DNA of 64,000 bases. Origin: Marsupella aquatica. Lineage: Eukaryota > Plantae > Marchantiophyta. Positions 35,901-49,200 of this stretch are shown here, piece by piece. Location: the NCBI GenBank assembly GCA_973895155.1, contig OZ316896.1, positions 11,088,795-11,152,794 of the forward strand, in the 5' to 3' direction. Each line of letters opens with the position of its first letter. Position 1 is the first letter of the stretch. The position numbers and the translations under genes are program-made. Under the pieces are notes generated by a model that searched no databases, had not been told where the DNA came from, and saw nothing but the letters and a program-made list of their open reading frames with translations.

Positions 35901-37145
35901 TGCTAGCCACCCTAGAGGACATTCCTGTCCCACTTGTTGATTTAGTTAGGACACTGGATTTGGACCATTATTTAGCTCTTGTCACTTTTTCCAATGTGGA
36001 CAATTGTCCTTGAGTTCGCACTCATGATTGTAGTGTTTGGCATTTTTCCCTAAGTATATCTTCTTAGTTCCTTTTTTTAGGATTGCACTTGGTTTTCTTT
36101 TCCCTTGTTTGGTGTTTGCCCTCTTTGGACCTCTTTTTCTTTACTGTCATTGTACTTCGTTTTTTCCTGATTTATAATTTTTTGTGGAAGTTTATTATAT
36201 ATATTATACTTTATAACAAGAAGGGGCTTTCCTGTTTGGTTTTAGTGAAATAAGTAAGTTACAATTACCTTGTAAAGCCACCATCAGGTCACTAATATGG
36301 GTCACTAAGCCCTTTCAAGTGTCTCTTGTGAGGGGCAGGTGAGCATGATCCCCGGCATGATCATTGTTAGGTCAGAATTTTGAGCCATCATTCTGGTCTT
36401 TGTGGGATTAGAGTTAAAGGGATCAGTTCAGCAAGGACCCATGCACAAAAGCAAGTTTCCTCTCCCGGTTAGTTAATTCTTGTTCCCTCTTGGCCAAATG
36501 TGTTTGGTCTTGGTGTGCATTTTGGCCTTAATTTGTTCCGTTTTTGGTTCTGGCTGGTTACTCCCTGATTCTATAGGGTTATTACTTTTCATTTAAGTAA
36601 AGTTCATTTTCAAGAAAATAAAGCAAGTAGTCTTTGCATGAGTTATTCTTTGAAAACTCTTAAATCAAGGATTCCTGATCTTGCATGAACTTTTAATTTT
36701 GCGAATCTAAATCACATGACTTCAAAAGCATGAGTCTTAATGACAGTGGAGTCTCTTATGAAATCTGAGAGTGAAAAAGCTGTCTCACACCAGGACCACT
36801 CCTTTTAATTTTAATTGTCTGCTTAACTGAATTTAGTCAACTGTGGAGTCTGAATTTGAGAGTGCAAAGCTGGGTTGCTCAGACCCACTTAGACCAGGCT
36901 TCTTTCCTGTTTAGACTAATTCCATTCACCTACAAATATGGGGAGCTCAAAGCTAAAATGCACTCATTGCAATCATCTGTATAATAAAGAGAGCTCAAAG
37001 CTGAAATGCCCCTATTTGCTCAGAGCTAAAATTAATGCACGAGCCTGAATGTGTTTCACCACCTTAAAGTCACCTAGTATATAATAAAGAGAGATTAGAC
37101 TTGTGATAAAGAGAGAGCTTGGTCCAGATGCCTTTTGTAATTGCG

Positions 37146-37355
37146 GTCAGGAATGCACATTACCAGTGTGTAACCATTTCTAAAGGTACTTTCTATTTAA
37201 TTCCAAAATCTTTTAGCTGCCCTGAAATACATAATGACAAGGAGGTATGTGCAGCCTGATCCCTCCTTCCAGAATGCTTGGAAAAGCTTCTGGCTGCCGC
37301 CCGTCAGCTTTTACTTACTCATTTTTCTGGACACAAGATTACAAGCTAATAATCC
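37146..37355 (+). repeat. Dispersed double-hairpin repeat family, degenerate copy A
   Basis: TTACCAGTGTGTAACCATTT and AAGCTTCTGGCTGCCGCCCGTCAG are shared with 38028-38372 and, for the first motif, with 52231-52450. Confidence 0.65.
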
Positions 37356-38027
37356 ATCCTATACATGAATATGTTTCACCACTCTCGAAGCCACCTATGT
37401 AATAAGAGAGCTTGGAGATAAAATGCACTCTGAATATCTTAAACACCGCTCTTGGGTCTTTCATGCATGTTCAAAGTTACAATGTCCAATCATGATCCTG
37501 GACTCAATGACTGGTGGAACACCCAAGGTTCCAAATACTGGGTTGAATGTACTCTGAGTGTTTAATATCAAGATGCGAGAACATTTATGTCAAGCTGATA
37601 ATTAAAACTCTGTATTCTCAAACGCCGCATAGGCGCTGCAGTTCAATTGATCACTAACCTTGCTAAGGAAATTTCCACAGAGATGAGCTGCACACTCTCA
37701 GGTCAACAGGAGAAATAACAAATTTTAATCATCACTTTCAAAGAAGTCAAAATCTAAATGAATTGGCGGAACAGAATCAATGATCAGCCAACCACAATGA
37801 TCAGCCAACCAGCTGGCTTTGGTAAGTAGGCCAGGGGATGAGTCTAGAGCCAAGAGGTCCCATGTTCAATGCCCTCTCTAAATGCAAGGTGTGTGGAGAG
37901 TAAGTGTGTGTGAAATGCAAGGTGTGTGGAGAGTAAGTGTGTGTGAAGTGTACTGGTGGGAGTGAGTCCTGGTGAGTCGTCAACTGTACCCCTAGCTTTG
38001 GACTCTGGTTCAATACTCGTAAATCTT

Positions 38028-38372
38028 GTCAGGAGAAGAGGTTACCTGTGTGTAACCATTTTTACAGGGGCCTGCTATAGTCATAATCTGGTGTCCTGAA
38101 AAGTTGAGTCGGTAACCTCTTTCCTGGCAGGAGTTAGGTAACCATTTTTACAGGGGCCTGCTATAGTCATAATCTGGTGTCCTGAAAAGTTGAGTCGGTA
38201 ACCTCTTTCCTGGCAGGAGTTAGGTACGCTAATGCAGGGCAGGGCTGGGGTTATAGGCTGTAACCTGCTCCCAGACTATTCAAAGAAGCTTCCCGGCTGC
38301 CGCCGGTCAGTTTCTTTTCATATTCCGGACCCAGGGTTACAGCTTAGTAACCCTGTGCCCAGACCTGCATTA
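38028..38372 (+). repeat. Dispersed double-hairpin repeat family, copy B (with internal 86-bp duplication)
   Basis: GGTTAC-CTGTGT-GTAACC at 38040-38057 and CAGGGTTAC-AGCTTA-GTAACCCTG at 38332-38355. Longer inverted pairs at 38028-38045/38112-38128 and 38230-38254/38347-38372. Confidence 0.75.
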
Positions 38373-38900
38373 CCCTATACTTTCCCTCCTGGTCTGGGTC
38401 CTGGTTTCTCGTCAACCCCTAGGTTTGGACCCAGACTCCCTAGCTTTGGACTCTGGTTCAATCCTCTTTCCCTCCTGGTCTGGGTCCAGTAGGATCCCTG
38501 GGTATGGTCCCCCTTGTGGGTTACTCTAGAGTGGTAAGTAGGTCTGGATCGAGCATTCCCTTTATTGGCTACTCTACGAGGTGCATACTCCAAAGTAACT
38601 TCCATTGGATGGGTCTACTTTCAATTTTGAAGGCAAAAAGTCAATGATTGGTGAGTACTCTTGCGGTGGTCACCAATTTGTCCTTCCTTGGCGATCCCTG
38701 CTGCTTTTGAAGTACAGTTCCAGACCTGGTATACACCTGAGCATGTGTGGAGTGGACGCACCTCCAGTTCTCCTCTTGACGAACAGCTTTAATTGAGTGG
38801 CAGTTATGGAGTCTTCACTCTGGACGTGCAGAAGGTCCGTCCTGTGAATTGTGTAGAGTATCCTGATTGTCTTTCAATTGGGAAGTACAGCTTTGCGCTG

Positions 38901-39983
38901 TCATATTTTCTGACAAGCATCTCTGCCCATGAGCAGCGCCCTTGCTATTCGAGACATTTGAGTATCAGACCTGGCTGGGCTCGATGGAGTGGAAGAGAGA
39001 CCCGAGTCATGCGCACGTTGGCAACGATGAAGAATATCAGGGAAACGTTCTTCATTCTTCCATCCATTTCGAAATCTGAACTTAGCTTTCCTGGTTGGAA
39101 GTGCTGTAGCAATATGGAAATTCTTCTTTAGTATGCAGTCCTCTTCACGCAGATACGATTTCAGTATGGAGCTAACAAAAGGGGAGATCCGAGGGGAGTA
39201 ACGTGGCGAAATGCGTGGAGAAATGGAATCATTTTCGAGTTCGCGGTATGCTGTGGCTGGAATAACCACCTCGTAACCACTCGAGAGTTTTCGTAGCTTA
39301 TCCTTCTCTTTAGCACTTACAATGGCGATTTTCAACTGCTTTGGCTTCCAGCTTTCCAACTCCTTCCCTTCTGATGATACAGGAGGGGATCTCATGGTCC
39401 CTCGATCGATTTCCGGGGAAAAGTTATCTCCACCAGTGCAACCTTTCCCGGGCGACCGTTTTGTCTTGACAACACCACGAGACTTACGCGTGAGCCGTTG
39501 GGATTGTCTTTCGTTTCGTAGGGCCTTAGAGAGTACTGACCAGGAGCGATCTGCACGTTTTGGCGGGAATCTCCCAGCAAAGCTCTCGTCCGTGGCATTT
39601 CCGTCATCTTGAACCGTGCTGCAGGAGAAGTCGAAACCTCGGAATTTCAAATCATCTGTAACCTTGGACGCCCTTTCGTCCGCGAGTACACGAGCAAGTA
39701 TGTCCCACGAATTGTCTACTTTTCTCGGTACAGTCGTCTTCGGTTCATCTTGATTCTCTGCCTCGCTCTTCATGGCTCCGTTCTGTTTCGGCTCTGTTTT
39801 CGATGACGCCCGGTTGGAACCTCGTTTTACTCTGATTTGCGGACTGCGCGCTCCGTAGATTTTGTTTGCCCGCTGAAAACTGTTAAGCACAATCATGTTA
39901 GAAGGCATCCCAGCCACAGGCAAATGCCACAGTACCGAACCCCCCTCTTCCCGCCATCGACCTAATTGCAAGCGGGTCCGCAT
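38901..39983 (-). CDS. Hypothetical basic S/P/R-rich protein, 360 aa (orphan; probable paralog of 30360-31166)
   Basis: ATG-initiated 1083-nt ORF; VLNSFQRANKIY, internal repeat NSWDILARVLADE / RSWSVLSKALRNE, and SPRISPRYSPRISP. Confidence 0.7.
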   Translation of the reverse strand: MRTRLQLGRWREEGGSVLWHLPVAGMPSNMIVLNSFQRANKIYGARSPQIRVKRGSNRASSKTEPKQNGAMKSEAENQDEPKTTVPRKVDNSWDILARVLADERASKVTDDLKFRGFDFSCSTVQDDGNATDESFAGRFPPKRADRSWSVLSKALRNERQSQRLTRKSRGVVKTKRSPGKGCTGGDNFSPEIDRGTMRSPPVSSEGKELESWKPKQLKIAIVSAKEKDKLRKLSSGYEVVIPATAYRELENDSISPRISPRYSPRISPFVSSILKSYLREEDCILKKNFHIATALPTRKAKFRFRNGWKNEERFPDILHRCQRAHDSGLSSTPSSPARSDTQMSRIARALLMGRDACQKI

Positions 39984-42900
39984 GCACCCTGGTGATCAGT
40001 AGCTGCACATCAATTAGAACAATCGTTTCCCGACGACTAGCAACGGCTTCACACGACTAGCGACGGCTTTGTGAAGAAATTTGGACGCACTTGTTATCTA
40101 ACAAAGAGCTTATTTCATCGTCGCATAGGTCAACAATCCGGGGCTCTCGTGCCCCGCAGGGTCATCTGAGTGTTCATGCAAAATTGCATTGCAGAGCGGC
40201 AACGCGAGAAATAGGAAGGAGAAGCGTCTTCAAATGGCATGTGTTAGAATTCGAAGGCTGAACTGTAAAATGCAGTTGGTCACTCGACGCCATCTTTGCA
40301 GTTTTCCAATCTAGCAAGAACCTCGAAAGGCTGTCTCCAATTTGAGCAGATCCTTGAGTAGTGCGAGAGTACAATACCACAATCTCGAAGTTCCAAACTG
40401 CGGTGCGATTTCACCTCTCCACTTTGAAGGGACGTGACTGCAGTGGGCCCGCCCTTGCCATTCTGCAGCATGGCAGATATAGAAGTGTCCAGCCACGCCT
40501 TGCAATTATATTTGACTGGACTCAAAAACCCTTCCACAAATCGATTTTACGAGAGACATTGATGACGCTCGCTATGCAGAATGAGCAAATGTGTAATATC
40601 CTTGCATGAGATGAGATGGTTCGATATTTAGGAAAGAAGCTTAGGCTGCACAGCAGTGAATCATCTGCACAAATCATGTAGAGATACTAATTGATGTGAA
40701 CGCTCCGAAACTTAATCTTATCCCTTGTTGGAGCAGATTTCACTTAGCTAACTATGAATTGCAAATGGACACATTTACACTTACTAGGACCTTAATAGGG
40801 GTCTCAGAGCTCGGCCAACTATGCCACTATAATTGGTGGTAACCCTAAGCTAGACTCACTCCAAAGTTATCCAGACTTCAATGACATCTCTCTGTGCGTA
40901 TGTTTTTAGAAAATTTCCTTTGTATTTTAGCTGGTCAGTCTTTGTGAAAAGAGAGTAACAGAGCGATAACATGGCAAGATATGGATATGTTAGTAGTATA
41001 TGGATAATGTTCAGTAGTATATGGAAAGAGTTATAAGTTTCTGAAGTTTGCTCAGTAGTAAATTTTGTAAAGTGTAATCAAATATTGTGCACATTTTTCA
41101 TTTTTTTATATTAAGCAAATTTTGACTATAGTCTATTCTATTTTTTAAACTTAAGTGTACATGTGACACTATTTGATTTGTGACCACAATTAGTGTCATA
41201 CCATATTAGTGTCACACACCCTAATTACCGTCACTTACCTAAAATATAACCTCACAATAATTAGAGTGTGTGAGACTAAATACTGTAAAGAGTGTAGATG
41301 TGAATAACCTTATTTAACACTTAACTAATAACCTTAACCACGCTTCCTTGACTTTAACTACAGTAGATGTGAATATGGAAATCCAAAAAGATCACTATTA
41401 ATTGAAAGCACATGGGCTTTGGGTCTCATTTGGTGATGGTTGTTGCATTAGGGGTGGCGCCATGGTGGGTCAGTGAAAGTAGAGGAAAGGGATCATGCGT
41501 ACTTTGAGATTGAGGAGAGGGCACAACCTCTGCCTCATCGGGCTAGTCAGTGCTGCCTGCCTTCACGAAGTGTACCCTGGCGATAACTTCATTTGCTATT
41601 CTAAAGAGTCAGAAGTTATTTTCACTTCCTTCCAACTTTTGCTGGTAGCCATTTTAAAAAAGTTTTCCTAGTGCAAAACAGTTTTCTCAGTCTACTTTGG
41701 ACAAACAAAATGTCTGGAAAGGTTAGACTGAAAAACCAAGTTCGAGGCATTTTGCCTCACATAAAATTTTCAGGCTGTCATGTCCGGAATTCAATTTACT
41801 CCCCATTTCCTAAATCTGCCAGCAACTTTCTTGAGCCCATTTGTTTATAATTATTTCTTTCTTGTTGTAAGCCGGATCACAACATACTTAGGTATAATAC
41901 AGAATCATGATATGTAAACCTCCTATTCAATCATATTTTTAAAAATCCATTAAGATTTGTCTCACTGTCTGTCGATAAGGGAGAAACAAAGGGTGACAGG
42001 GGAAACTCAAACTACCTAGAGACCATCTTAAAAGAGAAGATAAAGAAAATATATTACACAGAAAGGGCCAATTGAACAAAGTACAATAAGAGCAAACAAA
42101 ACAAGTCCAAAGAGCTAAAACTCAAAAGAAGCAAGTGCAACTTTGAGAAAAAAAAGGTGGGGGGGGGGGCTGGCGAAAGACGAAAGAAGAAAGGGGAAAA
42201 TTTGATAACACTGCACAAGAGGGATGGACTAATGTCCACATCTAAAGTAAAACTTAATTTAGATTCCAGTAATGTCCCATCAAGCATATACCTCTCCCTT
42301 GTATGAATGCTCACAATTTTGGTGTCATTCAGTGTTTGGTCTATAAGAATTCTTACGTCAAACATGTGATCCGTTGAGCATCAACTTCATGAAGTAAAAG
42401 ACAACAACAGAAGTTAGTCAACACACACAAGAAAAAGCCAAAGGGCCAGCCAACAGCAAGACAACAACCAGAGACAACAATTGTATGTTTACTAGGGACA
42501 CAACATAGGCCATCAGCCAAAGAAGAAGCCAGGGTTGAGATTTAAGGAGGTATGGATAGCTGTATTGACAGAATGCATGATATCAAGTACCAACCCTAGA
42601 GATCCCAATCTACCCATTAGCAGTCTTGTTGTCTGAGATATGAAGTCCAGGAGAATTGCACTGCAAGAAGAGGAAGAAATAGCGTATTGCAATGCAAATT
42701 AAATCCGATTGTAAGTTTACATTTAATCTGGCTGGTTGTATCGTTACTCTTTTACCTCTTCTTGGCTCAAATTGGTTCTCTTCCGTTCAGAAGGCCAATT
42801 TTTCATACGAGATCAAAGAATTTTTGACAGTTGCAAACAGGATTGAGCGCCTGTACTGGTTGAGCTTCAACTCAAAGATCGGATCATTTCAATTGGCTAA

Positions 42901-43725
42901 GAAAATTAGGACACTTACGAAGGATATATCGGATGCCTTCGGATTCTCGACAAAAGCATTCCCAATGAAATCACAACTCTACGTACAGATGTGCAGCTTT
43001 ATGTCACCATTCCTTTCTTCTTGACAGCTTCTTTTTATGCTTCATTCCAATGACTCACTGGAAGAAAGTGATCAATACCGATATCTATAATCTTACCTAC
43101 TGTCTAATTCCTGCTAACAAAGGACCCTGGCGCTGTGTTCCAGAAAAATGATGATGTGTTATAAAAATGACCAGCATTAGCCATATCCTGCTCTGATAGA
43201 TTCGGTGCAATTTTCTTGTTTGAGGACCCCATGTTCAAATTGCCAACATTCGAACACAAAGCCACATTTGCACTCAGCACCCGGCCTCTGTGTTAGAACT
43301 GGTGTCGTGTTAGGAGAGGAGCGGGGACTGGTGTAGTTTCGAACACAACACCGGTGTATTTCGATGTTTATTTGAACAAACACAGCTTTTGATTTGGAAG
43401 TTTTACACTTGCCAATGATTGTGGAATTATGCATAATCAACTGGAATGGCTTCACTAGTGTTTTCTTCTATTGGTCAAGAACTGAAACCTAGCTCGTTTC
43501 ATCTTGCGCTCTTACACTCAATAGAAAAGCTTAACATATGAACATTTGAATAACTGACTTTTGGTCTGACACGTAATTGACCAATTATTGCATGATTGAA
43601 TGCAGGCTAATTTGAATCACGGAACGGGGATACTGACTAGGAACCCTACTTTCCACCTCCAATTGCAAGTTTAGGAGTGCATCTAAGCGTCATCAAAATC
43701 GGTATTTACTCTCACAACCTTTCCC

Positions 43726-44166
43726 ATGGAGACATCAAGGCGTGGTTCAGACCCCCACGAAATAATTTCTGAAGAAACAGCAAAAGATGCGGAAAGGGAG
43801 AGGATTGCATATGAAGAATCATTGGTCGAGTCTAAAATATTTGAACTTATCTCAGAGAAACAATGGAAAGCTCTTCTCCCAAATTCTGGGCATTCTGTAG
43901 AGATCAGGACTGCTAGTAATAAAAGTTATGTATGCTTGAACTACCAAGTAGAAAATGGGTGTCGTGTATGGGAATGGCATGGGCATTGTATGATTTTTGA
44001 TCAAGGAGAACTCAATCCTGAGTTCATTTGTGGGCACTATTTTGAACCTTTGGTGGAAGATCAGGAAGTAAGTAGACAAGTAGGTTTAGGTCCTGTAGGA
44101 TACGAGAAGTTGAAAAGGAGGGACTGGTTAGCAAGACTAGGAGAGCAAAATGATAGAGAAGATTGA
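43726..44166 (+). CDS. Conserved uncharacterised small plant protein, 146 aa
   Basis: WKALLPNSGHSV...CRVWEWHGHCMIFD..ELNPEFICGHYFE resembles a land-plant family I recall as LKPNSG..RVWEWHGH..PEYIYGNYFE; function unknown. Confidence 0.75.
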   Translation: METSRRGSDPHEIISEETAKDAERERIAYEESLVESKIFELISEKQWKALLPNSGHSVEIRTASNKSYVCLNYQVENGCRVWEWHGHCMIFDQGELNPEFICGHYFEPLVEDQEVSRQVGLGPVGYEKLKRRDWLARLGEQNDRED

Positions 44167-46233
44167 TTTTTTTTCTTCCTCAATAGTAACTTTCAGAAAT
44201 TAATCCGTTTTGTTAGAGTTCTATTCTGGTTTGTTTGCATTTACAGCTGTATTTCTTAAATTAATTTAATAATATCTAAAGTTGTATTCACATCTCTGAT
44301 TCCATTCAAAGAATTTGTTTTGAAAACTTCTCAGGAAACAAATTGGGGACATAACACTAAAGGTGTTGCTTTACAGCATCTCTAACGCAACAGGGTTTTG
44401 TTTACTTGGTACATTAGATTCCCAATGGGGTAATTTCCCTAAAACAGCAGACATCAGCATCTGACAACCATAGATCTTGCAAATCTCGCAATGAACCCAA
44501 AAAGGAGACAATCATTGTATATACATATCCCAGTAACCAAAAAACCTAATAGCATTTCAGTGAGTGGGTTGGACCGTTTTGCATTTTGTTTATTGGGTTT
44601 GGTCAATATCTCGTTACATTAACAAAACCCCGTTGGGTTGGAGCTCTTAGAAAGATCTACAACTAAGTAATAGATCCAAAGGACATGTTGGTCCATAATA
44701 CACTCAATAGTCTCGCTACATGCATTCAATAAATTTGACTAGCAGAGTGGCCCATTGTTATGAGTGGCCCGTTGGGTGGTAGAAGATTGAGATCTCAGAT
44801 ACCCTTCAAGTGCTCCAATTGAAGTTCCTTTCAAAACGTTGACCAATGTGAATGAGTCTGCCCAGCCAAGTGCTTCTTTGAGACTTAGCTAGCCTCAAAC
44901 GTCATTTTGGGTCATTTTGATGCAAATCCATTCCTGTCAATTTCTGCATCATTCTGTTTGATGGTTTTTGGGTGAAGTGTTTTAATTAAAATCTACTGTG
45001 ACTACTGATAGTTATATCTAGTGCTTTTTTTAGTGGAGAAAATTTAGATTCCACCTCCCCAAATTTTTTGGCCACTTTTGGCCAAAATTTGCTACTATTT
45101 TGCTGTCTCATTAGCCAATGTTCTACCTAAACCCAGGCCCGGCCCCATTAGCCAGAATCTAGCCGTCAGCCTTAAATCTAGGGAGGTCTGAAGGTCAGTA
45201 AAATAATTGAATAAGGAATCTTCTGAGCATCTTCTCCTTCACACACTTTACATTCGCCACTGTGGCTAAAAAGTGAACTCTTTAAAAAATACGCTGGTTA
45301 CATCTGATGGATTTTGATATCCAAAAGACTAAAGAAATTTGTAGGTACTCGGTAATTTGATATCAAATGGATAGTGTAAATTTATATGTAAAGTCTAAGT
45401 ATTTCAATATCAATCGATACTCTACCCATTTTGTGATGGTATGTTTCCTTGGATTGCTGTGACCCAGCTGTCTAAGTAAATTATATGATTTGGTGTTGGT
45501 AGCATTCCCGAGCTTGGAGTATTCCCGAGCTTGTGAAGGCTTTGACAACAGTTTCAGTCCGTTCGTCCCTCGTTCCATCCAGAAGGGAATGCACCGGACG
45601 CACAAAGCAGAAGAACTGAGTCAACAATGAGGACCCAAGGGTGGACAGCAAGTTCCGACCTTCTATCTGAACGGAATGTCAATCCGGAAAAAAGATGACG
45701 TAATCGGGCTTCGATGGAGCTCGAGCCGTCTGTACACTAGCCAGGTTGGTGCTTGAGCTGGACTTGAATTTGATTGTATCAAAATCGATCAAATCGTGTG
45801 GAGTTGGATCGGATCAAATCAATCAAATCGAATCGGGGGTCAGAAAAAGAAGATTGAAGCGCTCTTAGTTGGTGGTCGTCGGTTCTCTTTGCTCTGGTTG
45901 TTCCAGGTGGTCGGGAGATATGTACTTTGTATAGTTTGTGGCAGGGAACAGAATTGAAGAACAAGATGATTATCATAGTTGCCAACGTTAAAATATCACT
46001 CGCCCCCTTTTCAGCCGGCCTTGCGAGGACTAACAATAATGATGGTGCAGGTGAGTTTTTGAAATCTTGATTAAAAATAACATACTTCGATGTCTGAGAG
46101 ATAGAACTGACAGAGTGGCAAAACGAGATTCTAGTAGGAGCAGGAGATCTTGCGGGGATTCATCCTTCAACTCCTTTTTAAATTGCAGTGACGGAAACCT
46201 ACAAAAACATAATTATAGCTGGAGACCCAAAAT

Positions 46234-49200
46234 TTACCCTTCTCCTCCTCCAGACCCACCTTCGGCTTTGGCAGTGAGACCTAGATCTTGATCGTCAGAC
46301 GAACTATCATAGTCATAGAGATTCGAATTCTTATATACGTACCAAGAAGAAATATAGCAGAACAGAGCAAAGTTGAGGAGGCTGAGGGCAGCTAGGAACC
46401 AGTAGAAGCGGTCCAAGTGACCATGATTAATGTTGTCCTGCAGCCAGCCACCGTCACCATGGCTCATGGTGGCAGATTGGATCACACTCACAACTCCGGA
46501 GCTGAGAAAACTGCCCACACCCCACGAAGCCCAGAGGAAGGCGCTGCTCATGCTCCTGATGCTGTGGGGTGCCTCGTCGTAGAAGAACTCCAGCTCCCCA
46601 ATTGCAACGAAGCTTTCAGTAAGACCTGCCAGAAGATACTGTGGCACGAGCCAAAATGCTGACATGGGCCTCAGGACATTAGAGCCTGCAGCTCTCTGAT
46701 CCAGCATCATGCCATTCTCGTATGCAAAGCGCTTTCTCTTCGCCTCTACGAGTGCTGCAGCAACCATGGTCAGGATGTTGAGGAAGGTCCCAACTCCAAT
46801 TCGTTGCAGATATGTTAGCCCTTTGGGTTGTCCTGTGATCTTTCTCAGCACCTTGATGAGGAGCAGGTCATAGAAGGGTATGAAGACTACGAGAGCGATG
46901 ATAGAGAATATTGTCATGGAAGCTGGAGGGATGAGCAATTTTCCCACGCGCCTGTCCATAACGAGGGCCTGCTGGACTGTAAAGGTGCCCGATTGAACTA
47001 TGACGGTCGAAACCACGACAGTGCATAACCACACTGGCATCAATCTGAGTAAAATTTTTAGCTCCTCCACTTGGTGCACCGTGGTCAGTCGCCAGGGGTG
47101 ATGTCTTCTCCTCACGTCCGGCTCCTCGTCAGTTTCCTCCAAGATTGCTGCCTTGTCCAGATACCTGCATATGCACGGTACACGAGTTTTGACTTTAAGT
47201 TCACGATAAGTAAAATTTGGAGCCATCTATCCATCCATCCAGAGTCATATTGACTCCTGCGATAATTCATGGGATATTTAGGACTAACAAATCTTCAGAT
47301 GTGCGTGTCTACGGAAGAACTGAACAACTTCAACGTGCCCATTAGATAGTGTGGGTTATTACTTCTCAACTATAATAGAGCTCTACAGATTCCCCGAAAA
47401 TTAAGTGGAAGCCATATAATTTGTGTATCAGAAAGTCTACCACGCCATCTTTTCCGTGATTGTACTTTGCTAACTGACTGGCGGAAGAGTTGTTTCCTTT
47501 TTGGTAATTCCGTCAGCTACAGCAGATATAGTAGCCAGCTTCTGTCTTTGCATCATTCGGAAGATGTCAAGATTGAACAAATTTATTAGGTACATATAAA
47601 GTGGCGAGAACAATTAAATTTGTGTCTGAGAGATAGGCCAGAATATGACTTTGTGCGACACATTTCGGACAAAATAAAGAGCTCAGCTGGGCTATATTAG
47701 AGTGACCTGAAATTGTCTGTGTGGGAGAGTACTTCTTGTTCGACACCGCCCAAACTCTGTTTGTCTTGGTATTTTCGAGCTTCGTACAGATGATCTGGGT
47801 TGTCAGGCAAAGTATACTTATGCTTGCTCAGGGCAGCCACGAGAACTTGAAGCATGCTGGTCAAGGGGCTTCCAGAGGGTGGTAGAGATATATAGAAGCG
47901 AGCTCCAAGCAGAAAAATGGCAGTTCCGAGTGCCATTAGGATGGCACAAACACCAACTCCCCATCCCCAGCTCACGCTATCCTCAATGTAGACGATAAGA
48001 GCGAGGGAAGTCAGCATTGCTACGGTTATGGTCATGTAGTACCAGTTGAAGTAGTGGCGAAGCTGATCCGTCTCTGGTCTCTTGGTGGACTTTTCAAACT
48101 GGTCTGCCCCAAAAACGGCAACGCAGGGCTTGACCCCACCTGAACCCAAACATTGCAGTACGAGAGAAATGTAGAGAACGCTCATCTGTACAGAGCTGGG
48201 CTTCTGGCACGTTCCCATGAACCTTTGAATCTCAGTGCAAGCTTCTGGTCGGAGAACGGAGATGGATGCCGACAATGTAAAAACTAGAAGACCCTGTACA
48301 CGTTCGTGCGCAGAAACCCAACATGCACGCTTAAAATTGTGTAGTACAAGAGATTCATCGATTAAATCACAAAAACCCTCAACTGAAGGATGTCATTGAG
48401 GAGGGGGGAAATTTAAATAATTATGGGGAAAGAATCGGCGGATGATGCACAGAATTTACTTAAAGACATTTTGCTACCGGGCCTGTAACTAAATACGATG
48501 CAAGTGCTATATGCTAGAATAAGTTGATAGTACTCTCAATACGCACCGCAAGGTAGAAAACGCATCCAGCAGTGATGGTCAGGAACCGGCCCAGATAAGC
48601 ATCTGCAAGAAACGCTCCTGCCAGTGTGGCCATGCAAGTAGAACCAAAGAAATTGGTGGTAATGTTTGCAGATGTTGCTAGGGACAGGTTCATCTCAAAA
48701 ATAAGGAAATTTATAAGGTTCATCTGGAGTCCAAACGAGCCAGTTCTCTCGCCAAACTCACCTCCTGAGATACGCAAGATGGATGCTTAGAATCACTTAA
48801 GATGATGCTTAGAATCACTTTCCAATCGTTCTACTTATCACACATCAATAATTTATACAGAGCCTGGCATCGCATTATTCCAACTTCCAATCATAGAGCT
48901 GATTTTCTGATTCATGATCTAGAAAGGCTCATTTGGGTATATTATGCTAATTTCTTCATGCACATGGTACGTGGTTTGAGTAGATTCATCTCAAAAGAAT
49001 TAATATTCAACCGGCTACAGTAAGTAGCCTGACATTCGCGCTTAACTCGTAAAGTTCATATTGTCATTACCAAAAATGAAAGGAGCAGTCTTCCATCCTG
49101 ACCCTGTGAACGCTCCCTGTTCCACAGATTTTGTGCTGCCTAACAATTTTTGCCATGGAACCCATCGTTTGGACTTGATCGGATCGTTCTCTGGAATCTG

